Below, one piece after another: positions 26,756-32,000 of a DNA stretch of 32,000 nucleotides. Made by a program: the position numbers and the translations under genes. Within the stretch, counting starts at the first letter, position 1. Every line of letters starts with the position of its first letter. The stretch spans positions 3,960,001-3,992,000 of the forward strand of contig NC_009925.1 of assembly GCF_000018105.1 (NCBI RefSeq), given 5' to 3'. The notes beneath the pieces are model-generated. The model did not search any database and had not been told where the DNA came from. It worked only from the letters and a program-made list of their open reading frames with translations. Origin of the DNA: Acaryochloris marina MBIC11017 (GTDB lineage Bacteria > Cyanobacteriota > Cyanobacteriia > Thermosynechococcales > Thermosynechococcaceae).

Positions 26756-27847
26756 TTAGGCTAAAGGCAAAAATATTGACACTTTTGTATATTTCTCTTG
26801 CTCACATTTGACTTGCAACTCACCACCATGGAGTTCAGCAATTAGCTTGGCAATAATCAACCCCAAGCCAACACACGTATGTAGATAAGACGCATGGTCA
26901 AATTGCATGTGAGATCCCAGCGCTTGTAGCTGATTAGGGCTAGGACCTTGCCCTTCGTTCATAATCTGAAACAAGAAAGTATGACCATGCACGGAACTCT
27001 TAAGGCGTACAGAAGTTCCTAAAGAGGAATATTTAAATGAATTATCAACAATTTCTTCTATGATTTTTTGTAATTTTGGCTGTGCGAGTAGTACAGTTGC
27101 GTCTTCTAATTCCAACTGTAAATCAGAGATGCGGCTATAGTATTGAGCTTGAGAACGAGCAATATTAGCAATAACCGCTTTTGTGTCACAAACACCCGGA
27201 TTCTTTCTAAATACTCTTAGGCGTTGAGAATTTTGTTCTATACTTGCTAATTCTTGATAAATGAAAATATTTTGGAGCCGTTTGTATAATAAACCTCCCG
27301 TACCCTTGATCTCATTCAAGATATTCTGAGCAGGAGCACTATTCTGGCATTCTTCCTCTAGCAAGGACTGTGAAAGCTTGAGAATTTGTTGTAGAGGTTG
27401 ATGTATTTCTACGGGAAGAGATTGAATGAGATCGCAGCAGCGATCTTTCCAAATGGGCTGATCATCAGATTGATGAGTTGATACGGTCTCTATTTGAGCA
27501 TTGACTGCTCCTAATAGTTCATCTCGTGTAAAGGGTTTGGTTAAATAATCATTGGCGCCTAGCTCCATCCCTAATCTCAGATCGGTCTTACTGGCTTTTG
27601 CTGTTAAAAAGATAAACGGAACGGACTGCAAATAAGGATTTTGTCGAAGTTGGGTCATGACGCTATAGCCATCAAATTCAGGCATCATAATGTCACAAAT
27701 CACTAGATCTGGCATTTCTTCCTGAGCTAGTAAAACGCCGATGTGACCGTCTTCCGCTTCGATTACATTGAAGCTTTCAGCAATTAGTATTTCGCAAACA
27801 ATACTGCGAATGTCATCTTGATCTTCAATGACAAGAACTTTGGACAT
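26756..27847 (-). CDS. Hybrid response-regulator receiver / histidine kinase
   Basis: 363 aa. The N-terminal receiver has KVLVIEDQDD, DLVICDIMMP, IFLTA and TKPF. A possible H-box is PVEIHQPLQQIL, followed by the HATPase N-box EEIVDNSFKYS and G-box GLGLIIAKLIAELHGG. There is no sensory input domain apart from the receiver. Confidence 0.85.
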   Translation of the reverse strand: MSKVLVIEDQDDIRSIVCEILIAESFNVIEAEDGHIGVLLAQEEMPDLVICDIMMPEFDGYSVMTQLRQNPYLQSVPFIFLTAKASKTDLRLGMELGANDYLTKPFTRDELLGAVNAQIETVSTHQSDDQPIWKDRCCDLIQSLPVEIHQPLQQILKLSQSLLEEECQNSAPAQNILNEIKGTGGLLYKRLQNIFIYQELASIEQNSQRLRVFRKNPGVCDTKAVIANIARSQAQYYSRISDLQLELEDATVLLAQPKLQKIIEEIVDNSFKYSSLGTSVRLKSSVHGHTFLFQIMNEGQGPSPNQLQALGSHMQFDHASYLHTCVGLGLIIAKLIAELHGGELQVKCEQEKYTKVSIFLPLA

Positions 27848-28230
27848 GGTGATGATATGTTGTGAAAATCACAAATCCCTTATGGAGGGACTCAAACGAG
27901 CATTTCTAAAGACGAATCAATAGATGCATAAATGACTTTTATTTAATGCAACTAGCTGGGTAGATGGAGCTAGATCTAGGCCGTGATTGTAACAGGGGTC
28001 TTTCTCTAGAATGCCCATAAACTGGACAGCTTATACTACTCCTTGCATGCAGGAGTGATGAAAGAGAGACTGTCTAAACATCCACCTCAATAAAGTGATG
28101 CAGTATTAGTTTAGCCCTACATTTTCTATGTTTCAGGTTATTACTAGAAGAAATAGTGGCTTAAGCTACTGAATGATTCTGAAAAGAACTAAATAAAGCT
28201 GTTCGGTGCATTTATGAGGAGAAAATAGCT

Positions 28231-28863
28231 TTAATTCCATAGACCCTCTAGCCATCCTTTTATTATCTCTATTAAGCTGCTTCCTCCCCAAATGAAAGCC
28301 ACCAGCATTGAGATAGTGATTGCAGCACCAAATAAACTGATGACTAAGCCACCCAAACTAATGGCTCCATCATCTTCTAATAAACCAAAGCCAGTGACGA
28401 AAATGCCAATGGCGGGCACTGTATTGGTTCCTGGGATAGGTATCATCATTGAAATGCCCATCAACGCCAATATGCAGCCAATGAGAATCCGTCCCGGAAC
28501 GCTGGTACAGATCGGTAAAAAGCGGGGGCGAGTGATGGCTTCAATGTTGCGTAGACGAGGTAAAGCCTTTTTTAAGATGCCCTGTACGGTTGAGAGGGCG
28601 ACCGGGTGAGTCGAAAATTTTTGGGGGAACCAGGGTTGCTTAGAACCAGCAATCATCTGAACAGACAGCAGGAAAATCATAACCCCAAAGGGAACTGAGT
28701 ATCCGGGCGCTGGGACCGGGAGCGCGGAAGGAAGCGCTAACACAACAAATAAGACTCCAAATACTCTTTCTTCTGCTAGAGTCAACAATTCTTGCAAAGT
28801 GACATGAGGAGGATGTTCGTTGTCTAAGAATGTGCGCTGGAGTTCTGATGACAGGCGTGCCAT
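28231..28863 (-). CDS. ExoD-family membrane protein
   Basis: 210 aa. TLQELLTLAEERVFGVLFVVLALPSALPVPAPGYSVPFG is followed by several TM helices, the characteristic ExoD layout. Confidence 0.8.
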   Translation of the reverse strand: MARLSSELQRTFLDNEHPPHVTLQELLTLAEERVFGVLFVVLALPSALPVPAPGYSVPFGVMIFLLSVQMIAGSKQPWFPQKFSTHPVALSTVQGILKKALPRLRNIEAITRPRFLPICTSVPGRILIGCILALMGISMMIPIPGTNTVPAIGIFVTGFGLLEDDGAISLGGLVISLFGAAITISMLVAFIWGGSSLIEIIKGWLEGLWN

Positions 28864-29132
28864 AAAAAATTGAGAGCAAACTCATGCATGGTAAGGGATT
28901 ACGCAAAGAATACAGCAAAAAGCCCTATCCAGGAGGAATAATTGTCAGAGATGATCAATCTTCAAGGGTATCTGTGGAGACTGAATCAATGCAGTTTGCC
29001 AGAATTCACTGATAGATTAATCAGGATGGCAAATAAAGCAACCATTCATTATTCCCCGCCAAATTTATATAAAATGCCTCACTATAATTAACAGAGGATC
29101 AAATAAGTACACCCATTGTTGAGAAGGATCAC

Positions 29133-30518
29133 ATGAGCCCACAAGTTTTGACCCGAGACTATAAAGTTGCGGATATTTCCCTGGCAGATTGGGGACGTAA
29201 AGAGATGGCCATTGCTGAGGGTGAAATGCCGGCATTGATGGCGATTCGTGCAAAGTACCGTGATAGTAAGCCTTTGCAAGGGGCAAAAATCATTGGTTGT
29301 ATTCACATGACCATTCAGACTGCGGTCTTGATTGAGACGCTCTGTGCCCTTGGTGCAGAAGTTCGCTGGTCTTCCTGTAATATTTTTTCAACGCAAGATC
29401 ATGCCGCAGCAGCGATTGCCGCTGCAGGAATCCCTGTATTTGCCTGGAAGGGTGAGACTGAAGATGAATATATGTGGTGCATTGAGCAGACTTGCCGCAC
29501 CCCTGAAGGTGCCCTTTGGGATGCCAATATGATTTTGGATGATGGCGGTGACTTGACGGGGCATATCCATGAGCACTATCCAGATATGCTGAACAACATT
29601 CATGGTGTGACTGAAGAAACCACCACGGGTGTACATCGTTTATTGGAGATGTTGGAAAAGGGAGAACTCAAAGTTCCTGCCATCAATGTCAATGACTCGG
29701 TCACAAAGTCCAAAAATGACAACAAGTATGGTTGTCGCCACAGCCTCAATGACGCGATTAAGCGGGGTACAGACCACCTCATGTCTGGTAAGAAGGCTTT
29801 GGTGATTGGCTATGGTGATGTGGGTAAGGGGTCCGCAGCTTCTTTGCGACAAGAAGGCATGATCGTTAAAGTGACTGAAGCGGATCCCATCTGCGCAATG
29901 CAGGCTTGTATGGACGGCTTTGAAGTCGTATCGCCTTATACCAATGGTGTGAATGACGGTACCCTTAACTCCATCAACAAGGACCTGTTGGCCAATACGG
30001 ATCTAGTCGTCACCACCACTGGCAACTTTAATGTTTGTGATGCCAATATGTTGGTTTCCCTCAAACAAGGGGCAGTCGTTTGCAATATTGGTCATTTCGA
30101 TAATGAAATTGATACGGCCTATATGCGCCAAACCTGGCGTTGGGAAGAGGTTAAGCCTCAGGTCCATCAGGTTTACCGGAGTGATGATCCACAAGACTTT
30201 TTGATCCTTCTGTCAGAAGGGCGATTGGTGAACCTAGGAAATGCAACGGGTCACCCTTCACGGATTATGGATGGCTCTTTTGCGAACCAAGTCTTAGCGC
30301 AAATGTTTTTGTTTGAGCGTAAGTTTGCTGACTTACCCGCAGATCAGAAGGCTGCGGCCATCACGGTGGACGTGCTACCTAAGCAGCTAGATGAAGAAGT
30401 TGCCCGGTATATGGTAGAGGGCTTTGGGGGTGTGATTACCCAGCTCACTTCTGAACAAGCCCAGTATATCAACGTTCCTGTCCAGGGCCCCTTCAAAACA
30501 GAGAGTTATAAGTACTAA
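29133..30518 (+). CDS. ahcY: Adenosylhomocysteinase (S-adenosyl-L-homocysteine hydrolase)
   Basis: 461 aa with AAGGA 6 nt upstream of the [44 protein letters not shown], the NAD-binding [10 protein letters not shown], and GHFDNEID. Confidence 0.95.
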   Translation: MSPQVLTRDYKVADISLADWGRKEMAIAEGEMPALMAIRAKYRDSKPLQGAKIIGCIHMTIQTAVLIETLCALGAEVRWSSCNIFSTQDHAAAAIAAAGIPVFAWKGETEDEYMWCIEQTCRTPEGALWDANMILDDGGDLTGHIHEHYPDMLNNIHGVTEETTTGVHRLLEMLEKGELKVPAINVNDSVTKSKNDNKYGCRHSLNDAIKRGTDHLMSGKKALVIGYGDVGKGSAASLRQEGMIVKVTEADPICAMQACMDGFEVVSPYTNGVNDGTLNSINKDLLANTDLVVTTTGNFNVCDANMLVSLKQGAVVCNIGHFDNEIDTAYMRQTWRWEEVKPQVHQVYRSDDPQDFLILLSEGRLVNLGNATGHPSRIMDGSFANQVLAQMFLFERKFADLPADQKAAAITVDVLPKQLDEEVARYMVEGFGGVITQLTSEQAQYINVPVQGPFKTESYKY

Positions 30519-30540
30519 GTCTTTACAGACGTGTGCTTTT

Positions 30541-30570
30541 CCTCAACCCTTAATAGGGTTGAGGTCTTTT
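30541..30570 (+). terminator. Rho-independent terminator of ahcY
   Basis: CCTCAACCCT (30541-30550), loop TAAT, then AGGGTTGAGG (30555-30564), followed by TCTTTT. It starts 22 nt after the stop. Confidence 0.85.
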
Positions 30571-30595
30571 AGGGCTCTTGTGTATGTTGATAATG

Positions 30596-30639
30596 CAAAA
30601 GGTTTATAAGGATGTGTGAATATCCCTATAAACCTTTTG
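30596..30639. repeat. Perfect 13-bp inverted repeat with 18-nt spacer
   Basis: CAAAAGGTTTATA (30596-30608) is the reverse complement of TATAAACCTTTTG (30627-30639). TGTGTAT occurs on both flanks. The sequence observation is certain, but the function is unknown. Confidence 0.6.
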
Positions 30640-30791
30640 TGTATTCAAGGCAGATTCATCAACAGCTTTTCCTTGGAACAAAGCGATACTGAACCCTCTC
30701 GAAGAGAGTTAAGGTTCTAACTCAACAGAGCGGTCACTACTGGAGACTGGGCGTGTTAGGCAAAAGTTTGTGTGGTATTTCAGGAGTATAT

Positions 30792-31490
30792 ATGAAAAAT
30801 TTTGCTAGCTTCATTGCCTCATATCAGCAATGTTTACGAGTTGTGTCTTTTTGCTTAGCAGTATTGGGGAGTGTCGCTATGGGGTCAGGGATCTTACGAG
30901 CACAGTCTTTGCCTGAGACGCCATCTCCTATCTCTGAACAGCAAGGTCAGTCCAATGCAGACAGTTCGTCCGGCCCCGAGATCCAGGCGCCTCAACCCTC
31001 CTCACAACCTTCCGTCACTGAGACGGTTCGATTGGGAGATGATCGCTATGCCCAAGCGGACTATAAAGGGGCTATAGAGGCTTATAGTCAGGCATTGCAG
31101 GCCTATAAGCTGAATGCCTATGCACTTTACAATCGGGCCAATGCCTATCGGCAGTTAGAAGCATATGAGGCTGCGATCGCAGATTACACTACCGCCTTGA
31201 AAATTGCCCCTGATAACCTGTTTGCCTATCTATATCGAGGCATGGCGTTATACGAGAAAAAGCAGCCAGCAGAAGCCATTGCGGATTTCTCTAAAGTCAT
31301 TGAACTCAATCCTAAGCATGCTCTGGCCTTTCAGAAACGGGGTGAAAGCCATTTAGCGAACAACAATGCAACCGCAGCCATTCAAGATTTAGAGCAAGCC
31401 GCCAAGCTGTACGAGAAAGAAGAGAAATTTCGCAAAGTCAGTCAAGTACAGAAGAAACTCAAAAAAGCTAAATCTGCTCAAGGGAAGTAG
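30792..31490 (+). CDS. Exported TPR-repeat protein
   Basis: I start it at the ATG at 30792, 5 nt after AGGAG (30782-30786). A hydrophobic N-terminus (VVSFCLAVLGSVAMGSGILRA) and a Ser/Pro/Gln linker are followed by at least 3 TPR units (AIEAYSQALQ.., AYEAAIADYTTALKIAPDN, AEAIADFSKVIELNPKH). Confidence 0.85.
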   Translation: MKNFASFIASYQQCLRVVSFCLAVLGSVAMGSGILRAQSLPETPSPISEQQGQSNADSSSGPEIQAPQPSSQPSVTETVRLGDDRYAQADYKGAIEAYSQALQAYKLNAYALYNRANAYRQLEAYEAAIADYTTALKIAPDNLFAYLYRGMALYEKKQPAEAIADFSKVIELNPKHALAFQKRGESHLANNNATAAIQDLEQAAKLYEKEEKFRKVSQVQKKLKKAKSAQGK

Positions 31491-31890
31491 TAGGCGGATA
31501 AACCGTTTGAGTGGATAGATGTTTGGTGTACCACCATTGTTGTAATGGAGAGGGGAGTCGATAGGTGTAGAGTGTCGTGACTAAGGGGGCGGCGCCCTGA
31601 TACCCCACCAGTTCAACACAATAAGATGGGTAGCGTTTAGCCGATAAATCAGCAATCAAGCGTCGCCCAATGCGGCGCCAACTGGGTTCCTTGCCTCGCC
31701 ATTGTAATCGGCAGCAAGGCCACGGTAATTTATCTCGATCAAAGAGTCGACAGCAGGGACCGATCACACGATAGCTAAACTGATTGCCAGGACTTTGAAA
31801 AATATATCCTGTTGGCCACGGATGATTGATGGAGATACCAGTGATCTGGGCGGATGGTGGAGATGGAGGCATAGTCCCAGTGGTTGACAT
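31468..31890 (-). CDS. Hypothetical protein (Trp/Cys/Pro/Arg-rich), uncertain
   Basis: It is the only ORF of at least 60 aa that accounts for 31500-31763, and it sits 24 nt downstream of the preceding same-strand stop. It has no clear Shine-Dalgarno sequence, an unusual composition, and a 23-nt convergent overlap with the TPR gene. No family was recognised. Confidence 0.4.
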   Translation of the reverse strand: MSTTGTMPPSPPSAQITGISINHPWPTGYIFQSPGNQFSYRVIGPCCRLFDRDKLPWPCCRLQWRGKEPSWRRIGRRLIADLSAKRYPSYCVELVGYQGAAPLVTTLYTYRLPSPLQQWWYTKHLSTQTVYPPTTSLEQI

Positions 31891-31914
31891 GAAAGAGTCC
31901 CCGTGTGGATCGCG

Positions 31915-32000
31915 CTAGGGTTGAGCTTGCAGAAAAGTGGCAACCTCATCAGCAGTGGGCTGGGCTGCGATGGCCCCTGCCTTTGTGGTTGTCAGAGCAC
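31915..32000 (-). CDS. C-terminal fragment of a PfkB-like carbohydrate kinase (5' part outside window)
   Basis: Hand translation of the minus strand gives ALTTTKAGAIAAQPTADEVATFLQAQP-stop (TAG, complement of 31915-31917). This resembles the C-terminal tail I associate with fructokinase/ribokinase-family proteins. Only 27 residues are visible. Confidence 0.4.
   Translation of the reverse strand, partial: ALTTTKAGAIAAQPTADEVATFLQAQP

Noticed and set aside
28864-29132. SAH riboswitch or other leader upstream of ahcY
   Set aside because: I could not find the conserved SAH-riboswitch elements by eye, and the region is AT-rich. The only feature is a TATAAT-like hexamer at 29083-29088 with no convincing -35, which is not enough to annotate a promoter.
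1-32000. tRNA, rRNA, tmRNA, RNase P RNA or SRP RNA genes
   Set aside because: Scanning by eye for T-loop (GGTTCGAATCC-like) and other signature strings on both strands found nothing convincing. A tRNAscan/Infernal run is needed to be sure.

Overview
This looks like a cyanobacterial chromosome segment. The HIP1 octamer GCGATCGC occurs 9 times by my manual scan, against about 0.5 expected by chance. The window also carries cyanobacteria-typical families (COP23, DUF1400-type hydrolase, DUF1350, pentapeptide repeat, group-2 sigma factor) and an efp-accB pair. I support about 27 protein genes and two pseudogene fragments.

Gene content:
- Housekeeping: recR, mutY, efp, accB, ahcY.
- Signalling: a Hanks-type Ser/Thr kinase, a CheY-like regulator, a REC-histidine kinase hybrid, and a large PAS-GGDEF-EAL-FHA-pseudoreceiver protein.
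- A run of four exported proteins at 1-5260, including an outer-membrane-barrel-like protein followed by a secreted CHAT (caspase-like) protease.
- An accessory patch at 11.65-16.7 kb. It holds an AT-rich island with one orphan membrane protein and about 0.8 kb of repeat-bearing non-coding DNA. Next to it is a SAM-methyltransferase pseudogene split by two abutting insertion sequences (ISY100/IS630-like and IS701-like).

I found no rRNA, tRNA or CRISPR array, and no recognisable defence, toxin-antitoxin or biosynthetic cluster.

The best candidates for something undescribed are:
1. The GGDEF-EAL protein whose C-terminal FHA and receiver modules both lack their canonical phospho-binding or phospho-accepting residues.
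2. The barrel plus exported CHAT gene pair.
3. The orphan gene in the AT-rich island.

None of these is demonstrably a system from sequence alone. All family calls come from motif recognition by eye, without database searches.
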